A DNA stretch of 64,000 bases from Dehalococcoidia bacterium (GTDB lineage Bacteria > Chloroflexota > Dehalococcoidia > Lucifugimonadales > CATOSD01). The first letter of the stretch is position 1; every line of letters begins with the position of its first letter. Made by a program: the position numbers and the translations under genes. The stretch is from positions 5,012 to 69,011 of the forward strand of contig DAOUJL010000033.1 in the NCBI GenBank assembly GCA_034422735.1, written 5' to 3'. Under the pieces are notes generated by a model. It was not told the origin of the DNA, made no database searches, and saw nothing but the letters and a program-made list of their open reading frames with translations. This document shows positions 32,071-42,893 of this stretch, in pieces.

Positions 32071-32134
32071 GGCGCCGCCGGCCGGTCGGGAGGCTGGTAG
32101 TCGGCGACGCTTAACGAACGAAGGGAGAATCGTA

Positions 32135-32665
32135 GTGAAGACGAGAATCGGGAAACTCGGTTTGGCTTTGACAGCGGCAGTCGCGCTGATGCTCGCAGCC
32201 GCGGCGTGCGGCGACGACGGCAGCAGTTGGGGCGATGCGCGCTACACCGCCGAGATGCGGAACGTGGAGGGCGAACCCATAGGCACTGTCGTGATGCAGC
32301 AAGGCTCTGGGGGATTCCTGGTGACCGTCATGGTGGAAGGAATCGAACCCGGCCCGCACGGCATCCACATCCACTCGGTCGGGACGTGCACACCGGATTT
32401 CAAGGCGTCGGGCGGACACATCAACGTGGACGATCGCCAACACGGGCTGCTCAATCCGGACGGCCCGGACAACGGCGACCTGCCCAACATCTACGCCGCC
32501 GCCAATGGCGCCGTGCAGGCCGAACTCTTCACTACGCTGGTTGACCCGGACATGCTGATGGACGACGACGGGTCCGCCATCGTGATCCACGAGAACCGCG
32601 ACGACCACAACACGCAGCCTATCGGGGGAGCCGGAGGGCGCGTCGCCTGCGGCGTGCTTAACTAG
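32135..32665 (+). CDS. sodC: Cu/Zn superoxide dismutase, lipoprotein
   Basis: 176 aa from GTG 32135, with AAGGGAG 7 nt upstream. Signal peptide plus lipobox LAAAAC. SodC motifs HGIHIHSVGTC, GGHINV, NGDLPN, IVIHENRDD, GGAGGRVACGVL. Confidence 0.88.
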   Translation: MKTRIGKLGLALTAAVALMLAAAACGDDGSSWGDARYTAEMRNVEGEPIGTVVMQQGSGGFLVTVMVEGIEPGPHGIHIHSVGTCTPDFKASGGHINVDDRQHGLLNPDGPDNGDLPNIYAAANGAVQAELFTTLVDPDMLMDDDGSAIVIHENRDDHNTQPIGGAGGRVACGVLN

Positions 32666-32732
32666 GAGCCGTGTTCTACTCCGGATCGATACTATTCCCA
32701 AGACACCTCGAGCGTAAGGGCGGCGGTCAGCC

Positions 32733-33848
32733 ATGAAGATAACCGACATACAGATAGAGGTGGTGGAGCGCCAGCTCTCGACCACCGGCCTAGAATCCGA
32801 CCTGGGCCGCTTTGGTGGCGGCGTCGAGCAGGGCGTGCTGCGCGTGCTCACGGACGAGGGCGTGGAGGGCAACGCCTTCGTCGGCAACTTCCGCCAGGGC
32901 GGCGGCCCGCTGTTCGACTCCATCCTTTCGGTACTCAAGCCCGAGCTGGTCGGGCGCGACCCCGCCGACCGCGAGTGGCTGTGGAGCAGGCTGCCCATAT
33001 TGCGGGGACGCCGCGGCCTTTCGATGCAGGCCTGGGCGCCGGTCGACGTCGCGCTCTGGGACATCGCGGGCAAGGCGGCGGGCGTGCCCGTCTACCACCT
33101 GCTTGGCGCCCGCAGGCGCGAGACCGAGGTGTACGCCACCTACCCTCCGCGCCACGAGTCCCCGGAGGGCTTCGTCAAGGAGGCGCGGGAGGTCGTGTCA
33201 CAAGGCTTCCGCGCCTTCAAGATTCACCCCGGCGTCATGTCGACTCGCGACGTGACCGAGATGGTGGGCCGGGTGCGGGACGCGGTCGGATTCGACGTGC
33301 GCCTTATGCTGGACCCCAACGGCGGCTACGGCTTTCGCAAGGCGCTGGAGATTGGCCGCGCGCTTGACGATTTCGGCTTCTACTGGTACGAAGACCCGAT
33401 CCCGTGGCATGAGTACGATGCCATCGCCGAGCTAAGCCGCAGGCTGGACGTGCCGCTGTGCATGAGCGACCAGCCGGATCTCCAGTTCGCCAACGGCGCG
33501 CGGCTGGCCCGAATGGGCGCGGCGCGCCTGGTGCGGGGCACCGCAGCCAAGCTGGGCATAACCGGACTCAAGAAGCTCTGCTCGCTGGCGGAGGGCTTCG
33601 GACTGAACTGCGAGGTTGGCACCGCCGGAAACCCCCTCTTGCAGGCGGCAAACCTCCACGTGATCTTCTCCGTCGAAAACTGCGACTTCTACGAGTACTG
33701 GATGCCTCAGTCCGCCCACCAATTCGGACTGGTAGAGCAGATAGTCCTCAACGACAAGGGAACCATCAGCGCCCCCACCTCGCCGGGCCTCGGCTACGAG
33801 ATCGATTGGGACTGGGTGCGCCTACACCGCACGAATACACTGAACTAG
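32733..33848 (+). CDS. enolase-superfamily enzyme (mandelate racemase / muconate lactonizing enzyme family)
   Basis: 371 aa. ...FKIHPG..., RLMLDPNG, YWYEDP, PLCMSDQ metal-ligand pattern. Confidence 0.85.
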   Translation: MKITDIQIEVVERQLSTTGLESDLGRFGGGVEQGVLRVLTDEGVEGNAFVGNFRQGGGPLFDSILSVLKPELVGRDPADREWLWSRLPILRGRRGLSMQAWAPVDVALWDIAGKAAGVPVYHLLGARRRETEVYATYPPRHESPEGFVKEAREVVSQGFRAFKIHPGVMSTRDVTEMVGRVRDAVGFDVRLMLDPNGGYGFRKALEIGRALDDFGFYWYEDPIPWHEYDAIAELSRRLDVPLCMSDQPDLQFANGARLARMGAARLVRGTAAKLGITGLKKLCSLAEGFGLNCEVGTAGNPLLQAANLHVIFSVENCDFYEYWMPQSAHQFGLVEQIVLNDKGTISAPTSPGLGYEIDWDWVRLHRTNTLN

Positions 33849-33878
33849 CGTGCAATCAAGGTGCCGTCTCGCCGCTTG

Positions 33879-33887
33879 TGCTAAAAT
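33879..33887 (+). promoter_or_regulatory. extended -10 element (TGCTAAAAT) upstream of the giant FtsX operon
   Basis: TG 33879..33880, TAAAAT 33882..33887, 34 nt before ATG 33921, which has an AGGAGG RBS. Confidence 0.4.
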
Positions 33888-33920
33888 TGCAGCACGCGCC
33901 TAGCCGGCGCCAGGAGGCCG

Positions 33921-36900
33921 ATGGTTCCCCTCAACACCCGCAGGCTGATCGTCAAACGCCTGTTAGACGATTGGAAGCTCTTGCTCAGTATCTTTCTGGG
34001 CTTTGTAATCACCACTACGCTGGTCGCGGGCGCGCCCGTCTACTTTCGCTCGCTTCAGAGGGTGAGCGTCAACACGGCCATCGACAGGGCCTCCGTCTTC
34101 TTCCTCAACTTCTTCGCCTACGCCCCGCACGTGCAGTTCGACAGGGACAACGTGCTGCTGAGCGAGTCCCATCTCGTCGACGCCATAGACCGGCACATCT
34201 CCGAGATATACAGGAGCCACGAGCGGTACATCCAGTCTCCCACCTTCCTCGTCGGCAAGCCCAACTCCCCGCTGCCCAACCAGCCCGGGGCCGCCGACCA
34301 GGTGTCCCGCGGATATGTCCAGTACCTTTCCAACATGGGCGGCCACGTCGAGTTTCTTTCCGGCCGCCTCCCTACGGACTCGCTGTCACAGGGACCGCGC
34401 GGCCCGGTATTCGAGGCCATGGTCGGCTCCAGGCAGGCGCGCGTGTTCGACCTCGAAGTCGGCGACGAGGTGGTGCTGACCCCCTCCCTCGGCGACCCTG
34501 TCCGCGTCACCGCGACGATAGCCGGCGTTATAGAAGCAATCGACCCACTGGACGAGTACTGGAGCCGCAACGCGGAGGCCTATCTCAACCCCGCACCCCT
34601 GGAGGAGGAGGTCGACGTCGAGGTAACCGTAGACCCGGCCGAGCCCCCGTTATCACTCTTCGTCACGCTCGAATCGCTGATTACGGGCGTGGGGGACGCC
34701 TATCCCGGCTCTGTGGCCAGCATGCACTGGAACGTGTTCATCGACAAGGAGCCGCTGAAGCGGTGGTCGATTCCGGATACCCGGGACCGGATCACGCAGG
34801 TAGAGAACGACTTCACGCAGGCGCTGCCCGGCGCGGCCGTGTTTACCGGCATATCCCGCCTGCTGGACAACTACGAGCGCCGCAGCTTCTTCACCGGCAT
34901 CCCATTACTGCTGCTCATCACCGTCATGCTCCTCACGGTGCTCTACTCCATCGCCATGATGGTGTCCTACCTGGTCCAGAGCCGCGAGGACGACGTTGCC
35001 CTGCTGCGAAGTCGCGGCGTTAGCGCGTTCCAACTGCTGCGGCTGTACGCCCTCGAGGGCGCCATTCTCGCCGTGACCGCCGCGGTGCTGGCGCCATTCC
35101 TCGCCATGGCCGTCGTGGCGCTCGCCGGCCTGCTGCCCTACTTCAGCGAGATAAAACAGAGCGTACTGCTTCCGATCGATCTCCACTGGTACCCGTTCGC
35201 CCTGTCCGCTGCGGTCGGATTCGTCTGCCTCGCCATGTTCGTGGTACCGGCTCTCATCGGCTCCAGGGCCGGGCTGATAGCCCACAAGCTGCGCTCGTCC
35301 CGCCCGCCGTCCGTGCCGCTGTTCCAGCGTTACTACGTCGACGTGGCAATACTCATAGTGGGCGGCCTCATCTTCTGGGAATTGCAGCAGCGGGGCCAGT
35401 TCGTCTCGGGCGGGCTGTTCGAGGACGTGCAGGTAAACGAGGCGATGTTGCTGGCGCCCGTGCTCTTCCTGGTCGCTGTCGCGCTGCTCTTCATGCGGCT
35501 GTTTCCGCTGTTCGTCCGATTCCTGAATGGCGACGCGCCGACGCTGCTGCACCTGCTCGCCGGCGTTACGGTGGCGGTGCTGGCCATCGGCGTCGTGCTG
35601 GACACGCTGGGCTCCGGCCTCACGGACTACGCGGCCCCGCTCGCCCTGCTCGCGGCCGCCGCCGCGGCGTACACGTACTCCCACCGGTCGGAGGGAGCCG
35701 TGTCGCGTGGGGCCGCAATGGTCGCCCAGGTCGCGGCGACGGCGCTGTTCATCCTTCGCGACCCTCCCTCGCCCGGCGAGGCCGCATTCATCCCGACAGT
35801 CGCGCTGGCGGCGCTCGTTCCGCTGCACCTGCTCTTTCTCGCCCTGCGCCACTTCGCCAGGACGTCGCCCGTCTGGGTGTCCATGGCGCTGCTGAGGATG
35901 GCCCGCAACCCGTTGCAGTACACCTGGCTGGTGCTGCTGCTGGTGCTGGTCACCGGGCTTGGCGTGCTCGCGACGACCGTTGGCGGCACTCTGAACCGCA
36001 GCTACGAGGAGCGCGTCCTATACGACACGGCCACCGACATTCGCGTGGCCGACATGCCCGGCTACATCGCCAGGGGCACAAGCGCCGTAAAGGAGACTTA
36101 CCTCCAGATCCCGGGAGTGACGCAGGTGTCGCTCGCGCTGCGCGGACAGGGGCTGGTGGGCACGACCGTCTCGGGCATTCACTTCGACCTGCTTGCGGTC
36201 GAATCCGACGATTTCCAGTACATGTCGTGGTACCGAGACGACTTCTCCGCCGCGCCTCTGAGCGGCGTCATGCGGTCGCTCCAGCCCATCTCGCGCCACG
36301 AGCCGCTAGTTCTGCCCCAGGACGCGGAGACGTTCGGCATGTGGGTCAAGCCCGGTGGAGAGTACTCCAACATGTTCCTGTGGGCCGCCATGCAGGACTC
36401 CACCGGAATCGTGAAGACCCTCTCACTCGGAGAGGTAGGCCCGGAGGAATGGCAGCTCATGAGCGGCCGGATGCCGTCCGGCATGGTGCCGCCCGTGGTG
36501 CTGGCCGCCATCCAGACCTACGAACCGGTCTTCGGCCCGACCGGAACCGCCGGCTCGCTGCTGATGGACGACATGCACGTCACGACCGGCAACGGCGACG
36601 ATTTCGTGTTGGTGGACGGCTTCGAGGGCCGCTCGAACTGGACTCCCCTGGCCACCTCGCCGCTCTCCACCGACAGCATCGCGCCGACGTCACAGGAGTT
36701 CCGCAGCGGCCAGGCGGCGGGCCTGTTCGTGTTCGGCAAGGACACCGACCGGGGAATCAGGGGCTTCTATCAGAGCCCAAGCGGCGGACCTCTTCCCGTG
36801 GTGGCAAGCTCCAGGTTCCTTGAGACGACCGGCGCCCGCGTTGGCGACGTGATGATTCTGGACGTAATGAGCCGACTCGTGCCGGTCCGTTTCACGAACC

Positions 36901-37577
36901 GCGTGAACTACTTCCCTACCATGACGTCACAGCGCAGCGGCTTTATTCTCACCGACCTGGACGACCTGCTGCGCCATCTGAACATTCTCAGCCCCACCAC
37001 CAGCTTCTACCCGAACGAGTTGTTCATCTCGGAAGCGCCCGGCGCGGGAGACTCGGTGAGCGAGACGATTCTGAGGCTGACGGGCACCACGGACCGCGTA
37101 TTCGACCGCGACGCCCGCCTGGAGGCCATCCGCCACGACCCGCTCATTACCGCGGGCTGGCGCGCCATGATGGCGCTTTCCCTGGGCCTGATAGTGTTTA
37201 CCGCCGGACTCGGGTATCTCATCTACCTCCTGGCATTCACCAACCGCGGACGCAACGAGATGGGCTTCCTTCAATCGCTGGGCATGACGGGACGCCAGGT
37301 GCTGGGGCTGCTCAGCATCGAGCACCTTGCCATAGTGCTGGTGGGTCTGGGCATCGGCACCTGGGCCGGTTTTCAGATGAGCTCCATCATGGTCTCGTCC
37401 GTCGCCGTGACCGAGTTGGGGGACCCGGTGGTGCCGCCTTTCGTGATGATGACGGACTGGCCTATGCTGGCGATCATCTACGCCACCACCGCGTCGATCT
37501 TCTTGCTGTCGACGCTGGCCCTGGCCAGGTCGATGCGGAACCTCGAACTCCACTCCATATCCAGGCTGGAGGGCTGA
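33921..37577 (+). CDS. giant double-module FtsX/MacB-type ABC permease (1218 aa), paralogue 1
   Basis: By eye there are two units of TM1 + large extracytoplasmic domain + 3 TM, for example ...SREDDVALLRSRGVSAFQLLRLYALEGAILAV... and ...RNEMGFLQSLGMTGRQVLGLLSIEHLAIVLVGLGIG.... They are joined by about 6 extra TM helices. The stop is 1 nt before the next start. Confidence 0.8.
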   Translation: MVPLNTRRLIVKRLLDDWKLLLSIFLGFVITTTLVAGAPVYFRSLQRVSVNTAIDRASVFFLNFFAYAPHVQFDRDNVLLSESHLVDAIDRHISEIYRSHERYIQSPTFLVGKPNSPLPNQPGAADQVSRGYVQYLSNMGGHVEFLSGRLPTDSLSQGPRGPVFEAMVGSRQARVFDLEVGDEVVLTPSLGDPVRVTATIAGVIEAIDPLDEYWSRNAEAYLNPAPLEEEVDVEVTVDPAEPPLSLFVTLESLITGVGDAYPGSVASMHWNVFIDKEPLKRWSIPDTRDRITQVENDFTQALPGAAVFTGISRLLDNYERRSFFTGIPLLLLITVMLLTVLYSIAMMVSYLVQSREDDVALLRSRGVSAFQLLRLYALEGAILAVTAAVLAPFLAMAVVALAGLLPYFSEIKQSVLLPIDLHWYPFALSAAVGFVCLAMFVVPALIGSRAGLIAHKLRSSRPPSVPLFQRYYVDVAILIVGGLIFWELQQRGQFVSGGLFEDVQVNEAMLLAPVLFLVAVALLFMRLFPLFVRFLNGDAPTLLHLLAGVTVAVLAIGVVLDTLGSGLTDYAAPLALLAAAAAAYTYSHRSEGAVSRGAAMVAQVAATALFILRDPPSPGEAAFIPTVALAALVPLHLLFLALRHFARTSPVWVSMALLRMARNPLQYTWLVLLLVLVTGLGVLATTVGGTLNRSYEERVLYDTATDIRVADMPGYIARGTSAVKETYLQIPGVTQVSLALRGQGLVGTTVSGIHFDLLAVESDDFQYMSWYRDDFSAAPLSGVMRSLQPISRHEPLVLPQDAETFGMWVKPGGEYSNMFLWAAMQDSTGIVKTLSLGEVGPEEWQLMSGRMPSGMVPPVVLAAIQTYEPVFGPTGTAGSLLMDDMHVTTGNGDDFVLVDGFEGRSNWTPLATSPLSTDSIAPTSQEFRSGQAAGLFVFGKDTDRGIRGFYQSPSGGPLPVVASSRFLETTGARVGDVMILDVMSRLVPVRFTNRVNYFPTMTSQRSGFILTDLDDLLRHLNILSPTTSFYPNELFISEAPGAGDSVSETILRLTGTTDRVFDRDARLEAIRHDPLITAGWRAMMALSLGLIVFTAGLGYLIYLLAFTNRGRNEMGFLQSLGMTGRQVLGLLSIEHLAIVLVGLGIGTWAGFQMSSIMVSSVAVTELGDPVVPPFVMMTDWPMLAIIYATTASIFLLSTLALARSMRNLELHSISRLEG

Positions 37578-37578
37578 T

Positions 37579-40500
37579 TTGTTCCAGCTCATCTACCTGG
37601 TATCGAGAGCTATCGCCGCCTGGCCGCTGGTCGTCCGCCGCAGCCTCGCCCACTGGCGCCTGCTGTCCACGGTCGTGGTGGGCGTGGTGCTGGCATCGGC
37701 AGTGATGTCCGGCACCGTCATCTACTACGACGCGTTGAGAGAGCTCGCGCTCAAGAGCACGCTCGCCCGGCTTACCGAAGACGAGGCCAACATCGTGGTC
37801 AAGGCCGACCGCGGCCCCACCACGGTCGAGGAATTCGCGAAGGTCGCCCGAACGGTGGACGCGGAGGTGGACGCGAGGGCCGCCTGGTTCCTCGAGGACC
37901 GCGTGATGGGCGCCAAGACGGCGACGTTCTTCCTGTCCCCGGTCGGTGATGAGGCAGGCGCGGGCCAGGACAACGCGCGCGCCTACTTCGCGTTCGTGCC
38001 TACGCTGGACGAGCAGATCCGAATCGTGAGCGGCGGCTGGGGCGCGCCGTCGGCCCCGAGCCCTCGCGGACAGCCGCTGCACCTGCAGGCGATTGTCCCG
38101 GCGGACGCCGCCGAGCTGTTCGGAGTCGGCATCGGGGACAGCCTGTCCGCGGTGCCGTACTGGAACGACGCCATTCCCTACGCCACCGTTACTATTTCCG
38201 GCATTTTCGAACGCACCGGCCCGGACGAGTTCTGGCACCTCGACACCGCCGTGCTTGCCGCCTCCACCTCCGGCAACTTCCGCACGATCCCGTTCTTCCT
38301 CACGAGGGAGGCCTACTTCGACACCCTCGGCGCTTCGTTCATCGACATGGACAGCACCTACGCCTGGCTGCTCCAGGTGGACCAGTCCACGCTGGACGCT
38401 CGCAACGCCTGGATTGCCAGAAGCGGTCTCGACACGATGGAGAGCCGCCTGTCCCGCAACCTGTTCAGCTACCGCCAGATAACGGAGCTCGAGGACGCTC
38501 TCGCCGACTACGACCGGCGTCTCTTCTTCAGCAAGCTGCCCATGTTCGTCGTCCTCGTGCTGATCGCGGTGGTCATCCTCTACTACGTCGTGACCATCTC
38601 GTCCCTCGTGGTCGAGCAGCAGCGCGGCGAGATAGCCCTGCTGCGCAGCAGAGGCGCGAGCTCCGCGCAGATCCTCGCCGTATTCGTGCTAGAGGGTCTG
38701 ACCATCTCTGTGCTCGCCGCCGTCGCCTCTCCTCTGATCGCGGCGTTCCTGATAAGCATCCTCGGCTACACTCCCGCGTTCTCCGACCTGAGCGGTGGGG
38801 ACAGGCTGGACGTGGCGATTTCCGGCGGCGCTTTCGCCATGGGCGCGCTCGGCGGCCTTCTCAGCTTCGCGGCCCTGCTCATTCCGGCCGTCCAGGCGTC
38901 CAAGGTCGGCGTAACCCGCCACAGGCAGGAGGCCGCGAGACCCACCGCGCAGCCTTTCTTCCTGCGCTACTATCTCGACGTCCTTCTGCTGGTCATCAGC
39001 GTCGTGCTATTCAGGCAGCTATCGGACCAGGGATCCGTGGTCGCCAGCAGCGTCTTTGGCGAGCTTGTGGTCAACCAAGCGCTGCTGGCAGTGCCCGCGC
39101 TCGTGCTCGTGGCCGTCGCTATGGTGCTGTTGCGGCTCTTCCCGCTGGCGATCCGCTTCCTGAGCGGCGACTCCCCCTCGCTGCTGCATCTCGTGGCTGG
39201 CGCGGCCGCCGCCATACTCGCGCCCTCTATAGTGGTGCGCGCCATCAACAACGGCGAGCCGCTGACCTGGATCGCACAGCTCGCCGCGCTGGCGGCGCTC
39301 GTGGCGGCATACTGGGCAACGGCCAGGACCGACGCCCCGCTGAGGCGATGGGCCGGAGTGGCCGCGCAGGCCGTCCTCGTGGCTGTCCTGATATCAGTCG
39401 GGCCGACCCTGCCGATGCCCCAGGTCTTCATTCCCATCCTGGTGGCCATTCCGATCGCCCAGGTGGCCTACCGGCTGCTGCACGCCTACGGGCTGAACGC
39501 CCCGGCGGGCTTCTCCATGGGTATGTGGCAGATGGCCCGCAGACCCACCCACTACGCTCGCCTGTCGCTGCTGCTGGTGCTGATGGCCGGACTCGGAATC
39601 GTGGCCGCCAGCTTCGGCGGCACGCTCGAGCGCAGCTTCGACGAGCGCGCCCGCTACTCCTCCGGCGCCGACCTGCGGCTGGAAGGCGTAATCCTGAACA
39701 CCCGGGGCCGGAGCGTCTCGGCCGTGGACGAATACCTCGCGCTGCCGGGCGTGTCGGTGGTCGGGCCGGCCTTCCGCGGGGCGGGCAGCGACCTGTCCGA
39801 GCTGCTGGGCGAAAGCTACACCATGGTGGCCGTCGATACCAGCGTGGTGAGCGAAGTCGGCTGGTTCCGGGAAGACTTCGCCGACCAGCCGATGCCCGAA
39901 CTCCTCGCCCGGCTCGAGCACCCCAGCCTGCCCGCCGGGTTGCCGCTGCCCGACGAGGCATCCGAGCTCTGGCTCGTCATCAAGACCGACAGGCCCCAGC
40001 CCGACGTCGGCGTTATCGCTCGCCTCAAGGACGCCAACGGACGCTACTACACCTACATCATGGGGCCGCTGGACTCGACCCAGTGGGAGCGAATGGCGGT
40101 GCCGCTGTTCCGTCGAGACGGAAGGGTTTTCAGCGGCAGGCGGCAGCTTCTGACTCCGCAGGTGCCCATGGAGCTCGTCTCGGTAAGCGTAAACAAGTTC
40201 GACGGGCGGGGCAGGCTCCGGGCCGGCACTATCTCCATAAGCCGGATCAGCGCTTTCACGCCCGAAGGCGAACAGGTCCTGGAATCGTTCGACGACGTGT
40301 ACGGCTGGAGCATCATCCGGGCCGCGCCGGAGTCCGTGTCCGACGCCATTCAACCAACCAACTCGTCGTTCGAAGGTGACACCGCCGCGGCCCAGTTCAT
40401 CTGGACGGAGGGCAACCCGCTGGTGAGCCGCGGCATGTTCTACGGCCCGCCCATAACCCCGGTGTCCGTGCTCGCCAGCGGGCTGTTCCTCAGGGAAACC

Positions 40501-41259
40501 GGCCACCGCGTGGGCGATACGTTCGAGGTGTCGGTGCAGGGCCACCGCCTGCCCGTCCACATAATCGAGAAGCTGGACTTCTTCCCCACGCTGGACACCT
40601 TCAACAGGCTGTTCCTGGTGTCCGACCTCAGGGCGGTCGCGGCCCTCGCGAACCTGGACGTGACCGCCGGCGAGCTGCGTCCCAACGAGATGTGGATCGA
40701 GACGGCCATGAACGGCTCGGAGCGCGAGGAGTTGGTCGGAATCCTCACGGACGACCCGCCGTTCCCGTCCCGCAGGGTGCACGACACCTTGCAGAATCTC
40801 GAGGAATCGCAGGTAGACCCACTCGTTCAGGCCGGCTGGCGCGCGCTGCTGTTCATGGCCTTCACCGCCGTACTCATTCTCAGCGGCCTGGGTTTCCTGG
40901 TGCACGCCTACGTGTCGTTCAGAAGCCGCGAGATGGAGTTCGCGCTGATGCGTACCATCGGATTCTCCACGCGCCAGTTGACCACCCTGATATGGCTGGA
41001 GCAGGCGCTCATCATTGTCGCCGGCCTCGCGCTCGGCACCTGGATGGGCGGACGCATCGGCGCGATCATAATGCCGTTCCTCAGCAACGACGACCAGGGC
41101 AGCCAGGTGCTGCCGCCGTTCATACTCGAGGTCAACTGGACGACGCTGGCGATAACCTACGCAATTATGGCCGTGGCGTTCACGCTCATCATAACCGGTA
41201 TGATATGGTTCGTACGTCGAATCTCCCTCCAGCGCATCCTGCGCCTCGGGGAAATGTAG
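37579..41259 (+). CDS. giant double-module FtsX/MacB-type ABC permease (1226 aa), paralogue 2
   Basis: TTG start with GGAGGG 5 nt upstream. Same architecture as paralogue 1 (...QQRGEIALLRSRGASSAQILAVFVLEGLTISV... and ...SREMEFALMRTIGFSTRQLTTLIWLEQALIIVAGLALG...). Confidence 0.8.
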   Translation: MFQLIYLVSRAIAAWPLVVRRSLAHWRLLSTVVVGVVLASAVMSGTVIYYDALRELALKSTLARLTEDEANIVVKADRGPTTVEEFAKVARTVDAEVDARAAWFLEDRVMGAKTATFFLSPVGDEAGAGQDNARAYFAFVPTLDEQIRIVSGGWGAPSAPSPRGQPLHLQAIVPADAAELFGVGIGDSLSAVPYWNDAIPYATVTISGIFERTGPDEFWHLDTAVLAASTSGNFRTIPFFLTREAYFDTLGASFIDMDSTYAWLLQVDQSTLDARNAWIARSGLDTMESRLSRNLFSYRQITELEDALADYDRRLFFSKLPMFVVLVLIAVVILYYVVTISSLVVEQQRGEIALLRSRGASSAQILAVFVLEGLTISVLAAVASPLIAAFLISILGYTPAFSDLSGGDRLDVAISGGAFAMGALGGLLSFAALLIPAVQASKVGVTRHRQEAARPTAQPFFLRYYLDVLLLVISVVLFRQLSDQGSVVASSVFGELVVNQALLAVPALVLVAVAMVLLRLFPLAIRFLSGDSPSLLHLVAGAAAAILAPSIVVRAINNGEPLTWIAQLAALAALVAAYWATARTDAPLRRWAGVAAQAVLVAVLISVGPTLPMPQVFIPILVAIPIAQVAYRLLHAYGLNAPAGFSMGMWQMARRPTHYARLSLLLVLMAGLGIVAASFGGTLERSFDERARYSSGADLRLEGVILNTRGRSVSAVDEYLALPGVSVVGPAFRGAGSDLSELLGESYTMVAVDTSVVSEVGWFREDFADQPMPELLARLEHPSLPAGLPLPDEASELWLVIKTDRPQPDVGVIARLKDANGRYYTYIMGPLDSTQWERMAVPLFRRDGRVFSGRRQLLTPQVPMELVSVSVNKFDGRGRLRAGTISISRISAFTPEGEQVLESFDDVYGWSIIRAAPESVSDAIQPTNSSFEGDTAAAQFIWTEGNPLVSRGMFYGPPITPVSVLASGLFLRETGHRVGDTFEVSVQGHRLPVHIIEKLDFFPTLDTFNRLFLVSDLRAVAALANLDVTAGELRPNEMWIETAMNGSEREELVGILTDDPPFPSRRVHDTLQNLEESQVDPLVQAGWRALLFMAFTAVLILSGLGFLVHAYVSFRSREMEFALMRTIGFSTRQLTTLIWLEQALIIVAGLALGTWMGGRIGAIIMPFLSNDDQGSQVLPPFILEVNWTTLAITYAIMAVAFTLIITGMIWFVRRISLQRILRLGEM

Positions 41260-41287
41260 TGACCCTGCCAAAGGGATGGGAGTGAAG

Positions 41288-42178
<891 letters not shown>

Positions 42179-42179
42179 C

Positions 42180-42893
42180 GTGAACAGATACCAGCGGCTG
42201 ACCGCCGCCATCGACGTGACCCGGACCTACCGTCTCGGCTCAGAGGAAGTCACCGCCCTACGCGGCGTCAACCTCACCGTGTTGCCCGGCCAGTTCGTGG
42301 CGATAGTCGGCAGATCCGGCTCGGGCAAGACAACGCTTCTCAACATCCTGGCCGGCCTGGACAAGCCCACCTCCGGCGACGTGCTCTTCGAGGAGCGCAG
42401 CGTCAACGACATGGACGAACATGAACTCCTGGAGATTCGCCGCCACAAGCTCGGCTTCGTCTTCCAGTCGTTCGGCCTGCTGCCGCTCCTTTCCGCGCTG
42501 GAGAACGTGGAGCTCCCCCTGCGCATAGCCGGCGTGAAGGGCCGCGACCGGGAGGATAGGGCGCGTGAGGCGCTGGAGATGGTCGGCCTCTGGCCGCGTG
42601 CGCGCCACCGGCCCTACGAGCTGTCCGGCGGAGAGCAGCAGCGCGTCGCAATCGCGCGCGCGATAGTGAACAACCCGCCGCTCCTGCTCGCGGACGAGCC
42701 CACCGGCGAGCTCGACTCCGTGAACGCCAGGTCCATATTCGGGCTGTTCAAGCAGATGGTCCAAGAGCGCGGCATAAGCGTGCTCGCCGCCACCCACGAC
42801 TCCACGCTGCTGGAGATGGCCGACGAGGTCAAGGAAATCCGCGACGGCGTGCTGTTGGACCAGGCGGCGCAGGGACTACGCTTCCGCGACTAG
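42180..42893 (+). CDS. ABC transporter ATP-binding protein (MacB/LolD-type), second copy
   Basis: 237 aa. GTG start 1 nt after the previous stop, with GGAGGAG 7 nt upstream. Walker A GRSGSGKTT, LSGGEQQRVAIA, LLLADEPTGELD. Confidence 0.9.
   Translation: MNRYQRLTAAIDVTRTYRLGSEEVTALRGVNLTVLPGQFVAIVGRSGSGKTTLLNILAGLDKPTSGDVLFEERSVNDMDEHELLEIRRHKLGFVFQSFGLLPLLSALENVELPLRIAGVKGRDREDRAREALEMVGLWPRARHRPYELSGGEQQRVAIARAIVNNPPLLLADEPTGELDSVNARSIFGLFKQMVQERGISVLAATHDSTLLEMADEVKEIRDGVLLDQAAQGLRFRD

Noticed and set aside
31801-32100. 99-aa Trp/Gly-rich ORF (and overlapping ORFs 31818..32114 and the 5' part of 32021..32665) in the GT-rich region
   Set aside because: All three plus frames are open simply because A is rare there. 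There is no RBS. The internal 'repeat' at protein level just mirrors the 75-nt DNA repeat. The composition (WREWGWRWEFLW) is unlike real proteins. sodC more plausibly starts at GTG 32135 with an RBS and a lipoprotein signal.
42890-42893. Convergent ATPase-2 and tmk genes share a CTAG, giving overlapping stop codons on opposite strands with no terminator between them
   Set aside because: Real, but a trivial consequence of tight packing. There is no evidence of regulatory meaning.
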